Below, piece after piece: positions 1-13,696 of a stretch of DNA of 64,000 nucleotides (the stretch's first letter is position 1; the number at the start of each line of letters is the position of its first letter). The position numbers were made by a program, and so were the translations under genes. This DNA comes from Octopus sinensis (taxonomy: Eukaryota): contig NC_043000.1 of the NCBI RefSeq assembly GCF_006345805.1, positions 143,902,001 through 143,966,000 on the forward strand, written 5' to 3'. Under the pieces are notes generated by a model that saw only the letters and a list, made by a program, of their open reading frames with translations, made no database searches and was not told the origin of the DNA.

Positions 1-1043
1 AGGTATATTTAGAATCGCATAATACAAAATGTCTTTGTTTTAAAGAAGGTAATGTGTGGTTTAAATGAAACTTCAACGGTATGTCAACGGATCCGAGCGG
101 CTATGTTGTGGCTCCTTTATTACAACTATTAATACAAAAGGAATTTGAAGCCGGTTAAGCAAATCTGCTGCTATTATATCTACTAATCCAAAATGTACAT
201 ATATCTTTTCAATTTCTAGTTATCACATACACAAAATTATTTTAAATTCCAGCTCACAAATAATTTCTTTTTAATTATGAACTAATATTGAATAGTGTGC
301 TTCCAAATTGAAAAAAAACTGGAGTACAATCCAAGAGGGCAGAAATTTGAATATGATCATTTTTGTTGTTGCTCAATTTCAGACTTGTGAATGAGGACTA
401 CGATCAGAAGCATCCCAAATGCAGATATTCCATCTTATGTTCCGTCGCATGATTAGATTTATAGGTATTCACTTCCTGTTTCTAGCCGATAGAATAGCAG
501 GTAGCAGAGGAGCTAAAGTGTAAGTTATTAGACTTTGTCTTCTGTTGGGAAGGAACTTAATGTTCAACGGGTATTATCACATAGATTATATTATTTACGG
601 CAGTATCTGACAAATTACTAGATTTTAGTTCAATTTCTCGCGCCGCTAGAACAATACTAATCAAAAACGAGCTCGGTCTATTATCTATTACAGAAACTTA
701 TACCATTATCTAAAAGATAAGTTGTCTTTCAATAGAGGATATTAAAGAACGCGTTTCTTTGGTGACAGTGCATTTCAGAGCTGGCAGAATTGGAACTAGT
801 TCTTACTTCTACAGCTAAACAATCTCAGCATTTTAGTATGTTTTCTAATATATACATCTATGCATACATACTTACATACATAAACAAAATTATACTCGTT
901 TGTTTTATTATTGTTATTAGATTGGAGTGTGTCCATCTCATATTTCACTTTTCTCCCGCAATTTTTCACTCTACGTATCTACAAAACCTTTCTATATCCT
1001 CAAGCTATGAGTAATTCAAACTGCATACATACTCATATGTATA

Positions 1044-1086
1044 CATGTGTGTGTGAGCGTGTGTGTGTGCGTGCGTGCGTGCGTGC

Positions 1087-1158
<72 letters not shown>
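1044..1158. repeat. (GT)n/(GCGT)n microsatellite, representative of dozens of dinucleotide tracts in the window
   Basis: Read directly. Similar tracts occur at e.g. 12050, 14548-14712, 27092-27182, 29500, 37880, 39840 and 40605. Confidence 0.95.
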
Positions 1159-1159
<1 letters not shown>

Positions 1160-2682
1160 CTATTGCTTTTCTTGATTCTTTGCTAATCCGCAGTCTTGTA
1201 TGACACTGCTGACTAAGCACACTTTCTAACTTCCGGCCAGTATTTAGCCCTTCCCGTTTCCGTCACCCATTTCCCCTTAATCACCTTTTATTGTCTTTGT
1301 ATTATCTTTATTCTATGATGACGTGGCTCATCGTTAACCATTTTAATGATCAATAGTCATGTTGGCAAGTAAACTACTAGATTTCGCTAAATAGCACACA
1401 TAACTTAACTGTTCCGAAATTCATTTCCGTTTCATTTCCTTTGTTTTCTCGTGATAAATACACACTTCTTGTAAAATCAGTCAACACTAAAACACACGCA
1501 ACATTCCACATCTTATAGCTAACTATTATACGTATCTATAAAGGATAGATAATCTTATCCTAGTTAATTTCATTGCTCAAAGATCGATGTGTGTGATTAA
1601 TCTATTCTAAATATATATAAAAAAAACTTAAACTGTGTTAATACACCTACAATTATCAACTTATTTTACAAAATTCGGCAAACGTGTTATGCTATGTCAC
1701 TGACTATTACAGAACTATGTCGATTAAAGTTGACAGGTTTTAAATTGCTTGTTGTTATTCAACCCAAACGAGGTAGTATGTAAGCATAACTAAAACTAAA
1801 TCGGTTCCATCCATGAGCAACCAGACTGATTTTTTCAGCAGTGTATATAGAATGAGCCTACTCAGTATTTCCTGCTTATTTCTAAAAGCAACATAAACGT
1901 CATAAAACATTGGTATTATTTCGTACAGTTGTGTTTATAAGTCATAACTATTATAAATGTAAAAGATCCAGAAATCAAGTAATGACAGCTTGAAAGAGGT
2001 GAAATGTAGAATATATTCTTTTCAGAAGAATATCTTAGGGATGTAAAGTAGTTTTCTATTTTCAGTTTCGTATTACGTTTGCTTTTTGGGTACGGTCTGC
2101 ACAGGGATTGGTAGACTTTATTAGTAATCACGTAGACATCCTGGTGCTGAGTTTAGTCGCAGACGCAGAGACAGGGTGAAAGAGTTTCGATGTATATAAA
2201 ACAAAACACTTAGAACACAGTAGGCGCTGACGATCAAACAGAGGAAGAGCAAAAGACACAAGGACTCAAACACGACGGTAACAAAAAAGACTGCAGAAAA
2301 GAAAAGAAAGAAAAGCATTGAAATCAAAGGTAACAGAACTGAAGGGAAACGTGAAAAGGAATAAGTGCGGCCAAAATATCTGCCATTTTGTTTTGCAGAA
2401 TTACTTTGCATAGTAAAGGAATAGTCAGTATAAATAGTCAGTATAAACGAATTTCGGAAATAACTGTTTTTAAAACAGAATGCATAAACATTAGGTGAAA
2501 TCAGATCGCAATATGCGGATTTTGTAGAAACAGGTTGGTCGTATCCGCAAATTTCATATCTAATAAATATTAAGCAACAACTGAACTGTGGGCCCCTTGG
2601 TGGCGCATTTTCCCTGAAATAAAAAAGACGGAATATATGGACAGGGAAAAGTGAACAATTCATGATGGAACTCTTCTTTTAG

Positions 2683-2732
<50 letters not shown>

Positions 2733-3082
2733 CCATATAATATCCAAATTAAATAGAGTTTTTATCAATGAAATTACTATCTGTCTAATATGAGTTCTAT
2801 TTCCTCTAATGTAACTTTGTTTCGCTGCATGATTGCAGCGGAAAAGCTTTGTAGCTAACACAGGAATTAATATTGACAGTGGATTTACGGATTCACAAGA
2901 AAATCAGACGAAATTCCTTACGGTGTCTTTTCCAGTTATTTAAATTGAATAGAAATCCAATGTAAAGTTAGCCTTACATCGTTCTGATGATTTCAGTGGC
3001 AGTTTCAATGCAACGGGCTCTTCTCTCCAAAACTGTTTGGACTTATTCCTCTGTTACAATATTATTATATCTAAGTCGGTAA

Positions 3083-3295
3083 GGGGGCGAGCTGGCAGAA
3101 TCGTTGGTAAATTGGGGAAAGCGCTTAGCAGCATTTCGTCCGGCTTTACGTCCTGAGTTCAAATTCCCCCGGGGTCGACATTGCCTTTCATCCATTCGAA
3201 GTGGATAAAATAAATACAGGTTGAACACTGAGATCGATGTAATCAAAAATACCCTTCTCCAAAAACGTCTGTCTTTGTGCATACTATAGTAATGA
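3083..3295 (+). mobile_element. tRNA-derived SINE, family B (GGCGAGCTGGCAGAATCG head), diverged copy
   Basis: A-box-like TGGCAGAATCG and B-box-like GAGTTCAAATTCC, then the GTCGAC..GCCTTTCATCC central block shared with the copies at 22.3-22.9, 52.7 and 62.9-63.4 kb. Confidence 0.8.
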
Positions 3296-3869
3296 TTTTT
3301 ATATCGTTGTTTTGTCTCAATTTAACCTTAGTCAAGCTCTATAATTTAATGCCTTCTGAACATAACTGGGGTGTCGACAGGAAGCCTTGTATGTCACAGA
3401 CTACGTTATCAAGCGTGCTTCTCTTAATGACAGCAGGCTGTTATGTCGAGAGAACAGATGCAGGTACCGTTCTTTGTATATAAAAAACTTTGATACGTTT
3501 ACCACTAACCAATGTTAGTTTTTTCACTTATAAGAAATACTTTATATTTTCTGACAGTAAATTTCTGAAGAATTCGCCAATCTATCTCTTGTATTAATAG
3601 GTAATATTTCTTATTTGATTTCAAATAAAACTGTTATATTCTTATGGATAAACGAATACACTGCAACAGTGTAATAACAATATGATCAAAACAAACGGCA
3701 GTAAGCACACGGAACGTAGCAACAAAGATCCAACGAGCTAACTCGAAATGTAAACTTTGAACTCCAGCTATCAACATACGAACTGTCGAATTAGCTTGAA
3801 CTGATTTCTTTTATTAAGCATAAGGTCTCTTATAAAGATGGGACGATACAAAGACAGACAAAACAATAC

Positions 3870-4630
3870 AGTGGCAATGTTTTTGGATTGCACATTTGAA
3901 ATCGTGTTTTTTTTTTCACATCATATTTAAGATTTACTGTAGTCTGACATTCTTCTGCAGTGGTTAATAGTGATACATCTTGATTCGTTTGCTTTATTTT
4001 AGAGAGAATCCTTGCCCGAATTTCTCTATTATTAGGTGTTATAAGTCCTTGTGAAAAGATAAGTGATTTGAACTTATCCTGAGTGAGATCCTGGTGAGAT
4101 CCTATACGGTTGACTACGCTGGCCTAGGTGATAAAATTATCGTCTTCATTTTTTGTTAAGTTCCAACACTCCATTCTTGTATTGAATAATGAACTTCTAT
4201 CACAAAACAATTTTTTTAAAAAGCAGTTCACAAAACGTTTTTTTAAAAGCAGATCCGCGTTTCCTTAGAAACCAATCTCAATCGACTTTGGGGGCAGACT
4301 ATAGTTACAGTAATACTCACGTTGGGCAGGAGCTACCTTGCTTAGTAAAAGCATTACTTTCTGTCCCTCTGACCATGCCTTACACTCGTTGTTAAAAGTT
4401 TCCTGGTATCTTTTATGATATACGGAAATGTTAATACCCTCCTCCGGGTTATACGTAAATATAGAAATTTCGTTACCCACCCCATCTGGCGTAAACGTGC
4501 TTATTCGATTTTCGGTCTTCACCGACTGTAATGCAATTGTTTTTGTAGCAGTAAACGCTTTCTGCAACTCCTGTAGTTGTCCATGTTGCCTCCAGTGAAG
4601 CCGTTCTACCGCAACTAATAGGTTTCCCAT
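3870..4630 (-). pseudogene. gag: Degenerate gag of a Ty3/gypsy element
   Basis: Minus-strand translation FTYNPEEGINISVYHKRYQETF..WSEGQKVMLLLSKVAPAQREYYCNYSLP, then after a stop/frameshift SSLFNTRMECWNLTKNEDDNFIT*ASVVNR..DKFKSLIFSQGL..REIRARILSKIKQ..TAEECQTTVNLKYD. This matches the known gag N-terminal pattern of K02A2.6-like gypsy elements (F.Y.PE.G..F..W..RY..F; SLFN.R..C.NL.K; D.FK.LIF..GL). Recognised from memory, not from a search. Confidence 0.75.
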
Positions 4631-4672
4631 GAGGCAGAAATAGTCAAATAACCAATGTGAATTTCGAACTGC

Positions 4673-4683
4673 CCTCGTCGCCA
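4673..4683 (-). promoter_or_regulatory. Primer-binding site TGGCGACGAGG (complementary to the 3' end of tRNA-Ser(GCT))
   Basis: The plus strand reads CCTCGTCGCCA, a few nt inside the LTR end and upstream of gag. Metazoan tRNA-Ser(GCT) ends ...CCTCGTCG-CCA. Confidence 0.7.
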
Positions 4684-7291
4684 GAGGTTATATCCTTATA
4701 CACTGCAACAGTGTAATAACAATATAACCGAAACAAACGGCAGTACCAAACAGAACGTAACAAAAATCTTTTAGGCACCAACAGTCAAACACTATCATTC
4801 GAACTGTAAACTATTAACACAGGATTTGTGGAACTAGCACGGACTACCTCACTTATTCAGATGGCTACTGTTTATATGTAGTGGCCCACTCCATTCTCAC
4901 CAGGGAGCGTCGTACTCTCGCTCAACAGAAACTGTTCCCGCTGTCTTCACAACCTTTCCCCAACCGATGATATCGTTACACGTAACATTCTACGTTACTT
5001 ATTCCGAGCAGAGAACAGCAGTTAATATCTGCGCAAGCAGCTAATATTCTTAGAAATCAGGGCTCGGCACTGTAGCTACTTTCGGGTTTGCAAGGCTGCA
5101 GCCAATATGATTAAGGGATGGGGCGAGAGATATGTCAATACCAAAGAAGTGGCGGTTCAAAAGCAAATATTTCGAATGGGATTAGGTCACTGCAGCCGTA
5201 GAAAATGTAAATAGTATATCTGTAGGTCTGAGGTGGTGTATATATTTTGACATCATGCTAAACAATATTGTGTTCTTCCCATGGATTCAGTCCAGATATG
5301 TAAGAGTGTGTGCGTGTATGTATGAGAGTAAGTAACAGATACGCTGTCCCAAGATATGAGTCTTCATTTTGTATCTCACTGAACTATCGAGGATTTCATA
5401 GTTGTTTGGAACGAAGATTTTTCTGAGTTCGAAGAGAAGCGTAATCTCTTCAGGTGCTGTCTTCATGTTAACAACGAACATGCGCAAAGAGAAATCTATA
5501 CACGATATATTATATCGAGTGTATACACACAAACTTCTTTATGAAGACATAGACATTTCATGTATCACAGAAAACAAATTTCTTCAAATCTCACTTGAGT
5601 GTTTTTGGCTTTGATTTGGTCAGGAATACTCAAACTCCGTCTCATTCAATATATATTTTACTTTCTCAAATAACCACATCGAATGAATTCTCCATGTCTC
5701 ACTAACTGGAGAATAAGGAAGGCGAGATTTAATTGGGCACTGTACTAATTTGTTATATAACCGTCATAGTATGATATGGCGTATCGTATTTACCATATGC
5801 CACAAAAAATCATATTCATATACACAGAACTGAACTGCACCAGATAAACTCCGTATATATATATATACATACAAATATTCCGTTGCATTCTTCAGTAATT
5901 TGTAGACGTATATATAAATACTTCCTCCTTTCTCAAGAAAAATCAATTTAAATTTGAAGCGATGAAAATCATGTGCCTGAGAAATTCCATATGTTAATGT
6001 TGTCTAGAAATTAAGAGAAATTATCAGCCAAGTAAATATGAATTGGCCAAATACTTGAACTTTGTAACATACCTAATTAGCTGGTTAATTGATTTATCTT
6101 GGCACAAACACCTTGGAACGGTGAGAAGTTTTAATTGACCTTGTCTTCTAATTTTTCTTCAGATGTATCGCCAAATTTGAATCTATTTTCAACAAGCATA
6201 TTGTGCAACCTACATCCTAATGCAATAATATTTTGCACAGTACATGTGTTTTTATTATATTTTACCGAGTAAACAGTTATTTACTAAGTGGTTCACATTG
6301 ACAGTCACGGTAGATTATTTAATTATGATATCTGATTTAGGTACACACCCAGCAGTTTTGAAGAAAGAGGCAGTTAATTAATACCATCAGCCTCAGCACT
6401 AAACTGGTATTATATTTTATCGACCCCTATGGGATTCAAGGCAGAGCAGACCTCAGGATTATTTGAAATCGGAGGAAATATCGGATGGCATTTTTCTGGC
6501 GATTTAACTATTCTGCCGCTGGTTCTCTTAACTCAGTATCAAATAAAACGAGGTTAGTTGGATATTGATATCTCACTAGAATATGACAGCATAACTAGTG
6601 GATTCTATATTTTAAAGAAAATGAACACTGCTTACGTAGATAATAGGAAACATCTGAACAGAGATTCGATGGTATATAAAAGCTTTAATGCTAGGCTTCT
6701 TCGTAAGGTCATTAGATGTCGCAATATTTACGCTTTCCTAGTAATTAGGTGGACGACAGTATGAGAATACTACTATTTCGTAGAGCACGTGCACTTAATA
6801 TAAAGTGTCTACATGCAATGTTCATAGCGTAGATTATACTTGGTGTGCTAATTAAATCTTGCATATACCTACTAACATATTGAACTCCGATCAGGTACTT
6901 TATAATATTATTTAGTTTCATTCCTCTGCTTATGTAGTGTAAACCAAGCTGCACAGATTTTAAATTTTATTGCACCAGAGTAGAAAATATCAATGCATTC
7001 AATGAACCAAACCATTAAAAATATTACTTGAGGCGTAAGTTTAAAAAAAAAATATTATCAACACCACTATCATCATCATAATTATAGTCGTCGTCGTCGG
7101 CGCCATCATCATCCACGTCACCACCACCACCACCACCACCAACACCATGATCATCACGATCATCATCATCATCATCATTAGTTAGATTTGTTGTTGCTTT
7201 TGTTGTTATTACATCTACTTTTGTATGAATGAATGTATAGCGAGTGGTGGGGAACATGAGAGAGAGAGCGAGCGAGAAAGAGTAAGAGACT

Positions 7292-7325
<34 letters not shown>

Positions 7326-9551
7326 GTGAGAGAGAGAGGGAGAAACTAGTGTCTGTGTTTCTAAGTTTATTCATGCAGCTACGGTTCTAAGCTTTCGCCA
7401 TTAATAAAGTTAATTTAGCAAAGACACATTATATTTCGTGACAAGTGGACAATTTATCTACTTATTCTCTCGCTTACTGGTACTTACATTTCTGTTATCG
7501 ATTTCGGGAAAGTGAAAATCCAACATACTTTCGCTAAAAGAATATACGTTTTTAAGTTATACAATATATTCTTGCAGAAATATAGAGCTCTTAACCGAAT
7601 TATATTGAGCAAATAGTGAATTCATACGAAGAAGCGTTACTTCAGTATTCTGAAGTATGTGATATCGTAGTCATTAATTTTTACGTAATAATATCAAGGA
7701 ATATATGATATTATAAGATATTATTAGATGTACCCCTAAAATTGTTGATGTAAAAATATTGTACGTTTACGACTTGGATTTTGTATATTGATACTGCTTC
7801 ATAGAATGCCAAAGAGTTTATATTACAAATGACCATATCTCCACATATGTCGTACAATTAGTATTTTGGTTCATTCTTTGGCAAACATTAAGAATGTAGA
7901 TGAGAAGGGTTTGTTTTCTTTTTTTGTTTTTAATTGAAGCAAACGATTCTTGAACTTGCATTAATTTTCTGTGTAATTAGTTATGTAGGACAGTAGTGGA
8001 AGCCTGTGAAGCAAAGTATTCAGCTCACAATCTTCCAGAAAGCGAGGAATAAGGCTAGGACAACGTTGGTATTTCTTCTAACGCTTTCGAGTCCTATCAA
8101 AAGGGCCAGCCTCCGTTCAAAAGGAGTATGGGCACAATTCCATAATAATACGTAATATCAGTCATTCTGTTTATTGTGCAATATTTCATAGATTGGATCA
8201 ATTACGTTTCCAACAGACAACTGCTTCTCTTCGTTTTTCTCCACAAATATGCACTTGTGAATTATGAAATCTAGCACAAATACGTCACATGCCCAATTTT
8301 CATATTTAAACAAAAGTATAATGTCAGTTCCCTGGTATGATTTACATATAATTTTCGTTAAGTTTGCATTTACCTATTTAACGCGAAGAACATTAAACAA
8401 TTTGTGATGAAGAGTGGAGGGAACGCTATATTAATCGGTGGCTTTTTCTACTTTAATTATTAAGACAAGTAGGGAAGACACTTCTAAACATAATTCGATC
8501 ATAATAGACCTCTTAATTAAAGCATTATCTTCACTGTATGTTCTTGTCTAGTAATGCGAATCAGTAAAATGTGAAATATCTTTGCACGACCTGAAAAATT
8601 ATTATTAGAAAAGCATATAGCACACAATGATACACTGCGCATAAAAAGAAAACGGTGGATAATTTATTGCCGACATACGTAATGCAGATATCATTAAAAA
8701 ATCCAATTTGGAATAATTTAAATTTGATCATGACTACCACTACGCTCAAAGATCAGATAACGTCAATATCGATTTATATTTAAATGGATTTTTATATAAA
8801 GTCTATCAACTAAAATAAATTAAGTATTATATGCAAATTATTTCAGTCTATTACTCACGAAGAGCTATTCCAAAATTCTCAGATATAATTGAGCAGAACT
8901 ACATTATTGTTATGATGCAACACAGTGAAGATCAACGATAGCATAGGTTTTATTAACTTTGTAAATCAACAAATAATACTTTCATTTAACAATTGCTTAT
9001 AATTCGTATAAGCGTAATATTAGCTGGTTAATATAAGCCCGTTCTGTTTCATTTCGATTTGTTTTTATTTATTTCTGATAATATTACATATAATTAAAAA
9101 TTATCTTCATTCTTCTCTTAGTAATACAATACCACTATGATGACGAAACTTTATAACGCTTGCAGTGCTATGGTAAATTAATAAAACAAGTGGATATAAA
9201 AGCGTTAATGTATTTTAAGTAATTAATTTAACGATTACAGCGGTTCAATTCCGTTTCACTCACGAAATCATTTGAAATCTTTTACCTAGTATAGACAACA
9301 TAGGAAATTTTAAGTTATTGTTCTTTCTTTAAAATTGTGTACGTTTTCAAAATAAAACCAGGTAGTGTGTTAGGGATATAAGAAAACAAAGACAGTTGAC
9401 ATCATTTTTTAAAGCAATATGCTTAAAAAAAAGTCGTAAGCAATGTTAATAAACATTATTCTCTATTGCATTAGCGTTTAACTGCATGGCAAATACATTT
9501 TGATACTATCATAAATGCTACTATCAATGTGTATCATGTTTAGCTTCAACG

Positions 9552-9595
<44 letters not shown>

Positions 9596-9676
9596 ATAAC
9601 AAATTAATAAATAAACCATATGCATATATACATATATGTACGTATCTACATCTACACGTATATATACATGCATATA

Positions 9677-9991
9677 TGGGTACAGGACACCAAAAAACAA
9701 AGACGTCGAAGACATTGAGAAACAAAAACATAAACACAAAACCAAGGAAATGGACATTTTTCTTAAACGACGAAAAAATAGAGTACAGGATAGACAACAC
9801 AAGGAAAATTCCCCTTCTTCAATCGCCTCTCTTTCTTCTACTCCGCGTAAATGAAGGGGAATTTTCCTTATGATGTATGTCCTGTACACTATTTTTTCCT
9901 TGTTTAAGAAACATGTCCATTTCATTGGTTTTGTGTTATGTTTTAATTTCTCATTGTGTTCGACATTTCTTTTTTTGGTGTATTGTACCCA
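9677..9991. repeat. Long imperfect inverted repeat (fold-back), arms ~140 bp, ~35 bp spacer
   Basis: 9677-9817 (TGGGTACAGGACACC...GGAAAATTCCCCTTC) is the reverse complement of 9853-9991 (GAAGGGGAATTTTCC...GGTGTATTGTACCCA), with scattered mismatches. Confidence 0.9.
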
Positions 9992-10003
9992 AGTTTGTTC
10001 TTA

Positions 10004-10042
<39 letters not shown>

Positions 10043-10344
10043 AAATGGGCCAAGAACGCAAAACATTCAAATAGACGATACAAAAAACACGGACGGGTGA
10101 TTCGAAGCTTTTAATCTTCAGTCAAGAACCGGATAATCCTCGCAATTTCGGCTGATTAATCTTGAGATTGCTCCGATCTGGCCAGCTCCAAGGAAAAACT
10201 AAGCTACGAGCATTAGATTTCTTGGGAAAAGGATCGAATGTATACGAAACAAGGACAGAAAAACAGACGATGTTACACAAATATAAATAAAAGAAGCAAA
10301 AAATAATACGAATATAAATACAAAAAGCAATAATAATAATAATA

Positions 10345-10383
<39 letters not shown>

Positions 10384-10385
<2 letters not shown>

Positions 10386-10533
10386 TGTCGCGCACATATG
10401 GTTGTGATGCATGTGCCTGGTGTACCCTTATCAGACGGGTAGTCATGATGGGTATACTGGGCTTCGTATATTATACCCCAGTGTCACTTTGATGGCATGC
10501 TCTGCTCGCTCACTGAATAATAGTAATAATAAC
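10384..10533 (+). mobile_element. 5'-truncated 3' end of a (TAA)n-tailed retroposon; same family as 55130-55670
   Basis: CATATGGTTGTGATGCAT..GGTGTACCCTTATCAGACGGGTAGTCATGATGGGTA..TGCTC.CTCACT.AATAAT matches the reverse complement of 55131-55255. It is flanked on both sides by TAA repeats. Confidence 0.8.
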
Positions 10534-10807
10534 AGGACATAACAACAGGCGTCTTTTGATTTAGACGAATTGAACTCAGCTGGCGTATTTGAAAAATAAT
10601 GCCTTACGGCAACCGAAGAACCCGATGTTAGCGTGGCGCAGGTCCGAAGCGAAAAGGCTGTAGTTGCCCAGCGGTCACGTGAGAAGAGAAGAGAGAGAGA
10701 AAAAGAGAGTCAAAAGAATTAAAGAGTGGGAGAAGAGAGAGAAGAAGAGGAACAATGAGTCATCGGCAATATATATACATACATACAAACACTCGCACAC
10801 ACATATG

Positions 10808-10850
<43 letters not shown>

Positions 10851-12050
10851 GTGTATGCATATACTGCGTGCGCGTTTGTGCGCGCGTGTGTAATGAATCG
10901 CAGTAAATGTGTTATCAAACAATGATTCTATTCCCGAATTGTCTATATATTTTTTTAAGAATGTAGGAGCGTACAACCACCATTGGCCTAACCACTAAAT
11001 CATGTTTGTCATTCATCAGTTTTGTATCAATAAATAGTTACAGACCTCTACTTGATAGATGTCTACATTTAGTATATAGAATTATAAAAATAGCCTGGAC
11101 AATATTGTGTTGCTCTTCCGACCCATCGTCTTTTGTGCAAGTCAGCATTAGGCTTTTCAATGGATTTTTTTTTACTGAACTGAATACATACATGTGTATA
11201 AACAGTCGGTATATTTATATACTTTAGATTTGACTCCCAGCGAGAAAAAGGGATATTTGAGAGAAATTTGGCTGCTAATTCTAGAGGATCTTGTGATTGA
11301 GTATACGCAGCCAACTTGGCTCGTAAATGGATATATTTTCATCTCTATGTATAAGCCTAGGTTTATTATATATGCATTAGTTGGGCTATTTATCAACACT
11401 TTCATCAAATACAATACTCATTATATTGTTTGGAGCAAAGAGCAAAATTAATACAAAAATAATTCCATCAGTCATTAATGTACACTTGCACAAGAAGCCG
11501 ACAATGAAACCAGCATACTTAATGAGATTTAAGCAAGCGTGTGTTGGACATGATGTCAAAATAAGTAGGCAAAATAGAATAAGTATCTGCTAATTGATAA
11601 ACTGTCTTAGATTTCCGTCTACTAAATGAGAATGAGGTTTTTGAATTTTACTCTTACTATTGTGTAATTTTCTTTGACAGGTTAGAGTGAATAAATTTAA
11701 GGAAGCTTATTGAGTGTTATGGCGAGAAACGTCAAAGCATTAGCAGTAATGTTTAATACTCATCAAAATTTAAATGTCGGATTGCTTACAGCACACACGC
11801 GAGCATGTTCGTGTGTATACACACACGCAACACTTACATACAGATATCTATCAAATCTATCGATCTATCTACCTATCTATCTATTTCTCTAACCGACTAT
11901 CTTTCTATCTGTCTATTTATCTATCTCTCTCTATATATTCTTTAAATATTTTGTAAACAAACTATGTTCACACACGTTTATATATATATGAGAACATAGT
12001 TTGTTTACAATATATGTGTGAGTGAGTGTGCGTGTGCATGCCTGAACGTG

Positions 12051-12109
<59 letters not shown>

Positions 12110-12242
12110 TCTGTGTGTTGGGGATAAGTTTGACAGTCTGAACAAAAGGAAAAGAAAACAGTATCACGTGCAAAATTACAAATATTTTCTTTTTTTAAAT
12201 CAATTTCTATTTCTAGATTATGGATGATAGATAACAGTTCAC

Positions 12243-12700
12243 TGAACGGAGCTGCCTTCAACTCGCAGCACTGCCTTAGAACGTCTCCAGAATATAGTGT
12301 ATGCGCTCTACGCCGTGTCCATAAGAAGATCATCGAACGCTTCTTTGACCTTTGCCACTAGTTCTGCCTTGGTGTTGCAAGCAGTGCATTCCGTGTCTTT
12401 CCCAACTGTGTTCACACATAGTTACTCATGGACGTAAATAGAATCTAGACTTTGAGAAGTAAAAAAAAATTGTTAGGCTATTTATCAGAGGTATGGTAAG
12501 GAGCATAGTGCTACTGCTGCAAATATGGCTTTCCTGCGGACTTCATCTCCATCCAGGGTTTGAACAAACTCTGGAGCTGCTTCACAAAGCCGTCTTATTC
12601 CAACCTACATTGTTGTTCAAGTAGTGGAGATGAATTCCAGCACAGAGATGGAGTCAAATGCCTTCTGTGTTACTTCCTGCTGACATCGGACTCGTAGACC
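12243..12700 (-). pseudogene. Tc1/mariner-superfamily transposase C-terminal relic (maT/DD37D-like)
   Basis: Minus translation DGFVKQLQSLFKPWMEMKSAGKPYLQQ*HYAPYHTSDK and TVGKDTECTACNTKAELVAKVKEAFDDLLMDTA*SAYTIFWRRSKAVLRVEGS. This resembles the PW....GRPY..QQD.AP.H and NTK.EL...I...F..L....V..AC..FR.RLEAV..A.G motifs; it carries stops and frameshifts. Confidence 0.7.
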
Positions 12701-13312
12701 CCGTTGCAGCTGTGCATGTCACGTCTTATAGTCTTTAGAATGTTCATAGAGCATTCAAAATCAGTCATGAAGTCGGAATTTTGATACTGAGTGCGAATCA
12801 TCATGATACAGGTAAAATGCCTTCAAAAGACAGAGGGCTTTTAGTACTACATGGCAGCTGATATTTCAGCTACTTTAATCTGTATCTTCTCAAACCCCGT
12901 TGACTGTTCCCCAATACAACGAGATGATCCCGATAGGAGAAAAATATCATTCAATTTACCCAGAAAACCCTACATATACAAACTTAAACACATATAACTT
13001 TGAGTATGTATGTATGTATATGTATGGACACCGGAAATTTTCTCTATGGAAAAACATTATGTATTTATTCAAAGATAGAGAGAAAGGGACAGAGAGACAG
13101 GCTGGCAGGCAGACACACACACACACACACATACATACATATATACATACATACATACATACATACATAAACATATAGATAGATAGATAAATAGATTTAT
13201 CTTAATTTAAGCGGAGACATCTTTTGAGTTTATACGGCGCAAGTTATTCAATTGCAGAAGAAATTTGAGGATGTCATTAATTTCGCTACATTCTTCGTTG
13301 TATCAATTTAAA

Positions 13313-13380
<68 letters not shown>

Positions 13381-13696
13381 ACTTGCATCAATGCACAGAA
13401 AGGAGGGAGACGAGTATCTAATACATAAAATAGCCTACTTACTTTTTTGAAGCTGTTCTATTGTTATATTCATGGCTAATAGTATTTGACTCTTTCCCTA
13501 TATTTAGTTCATATACAGTCATTCACGAAATGCACCAGATTCTCACGGTTGGTTGCCGTGAACGCGTACATGGCGCATCTCGCATATTGTTATCACTGCT
13601 CTGCTGATTGGTCTTCTATGGTAAAGGTGAATGCGCGCTATTCTAGAATGTTCCATATACGGTAACTCATAAGGAATTATTTTTGAGGAGACCATA

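Larger units (their letters stand above)
3632..4987 (-). mobile_element. Internally deleted Ty3/gypsy (Mag/K02A2.6-like) LTR retrotransposon relic: 5' LTR, PBS, gag, partial second LTR-like copy
   Basis: Related repeats at 3632-~3760 and 4687-~4820 share GTTATAT..CTTAT..ACACTGCAACAGTGTAATAACAATAT..AAACAAACGGCAGTA. A PBS lies directly inside the upstream copy and a gag-like frame lies between the copies. The putative LTR start TGTTACG (minus) is at 4987; this outer boundary is approximate. Confidence 0.75.

Noticed and set aside
2130-2660. Possible LTR/PBS (..AGACA-TCC-TGGTGCTGAG..)
   Set aside because: I could not match the sequence to a tRNA 3' end, and found no second LTR or coding relic.
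10085-10130. CTGAAGA...GAA...GTC on the minus strand, as a possible hammerhead
   Set aside because: It reads GAAT rather than GAAA, has no stem I, and stem II overlaps the core. Too degenerate to claim, although the surrounding 10040-10310 segment may be a Penelope-like repeat.
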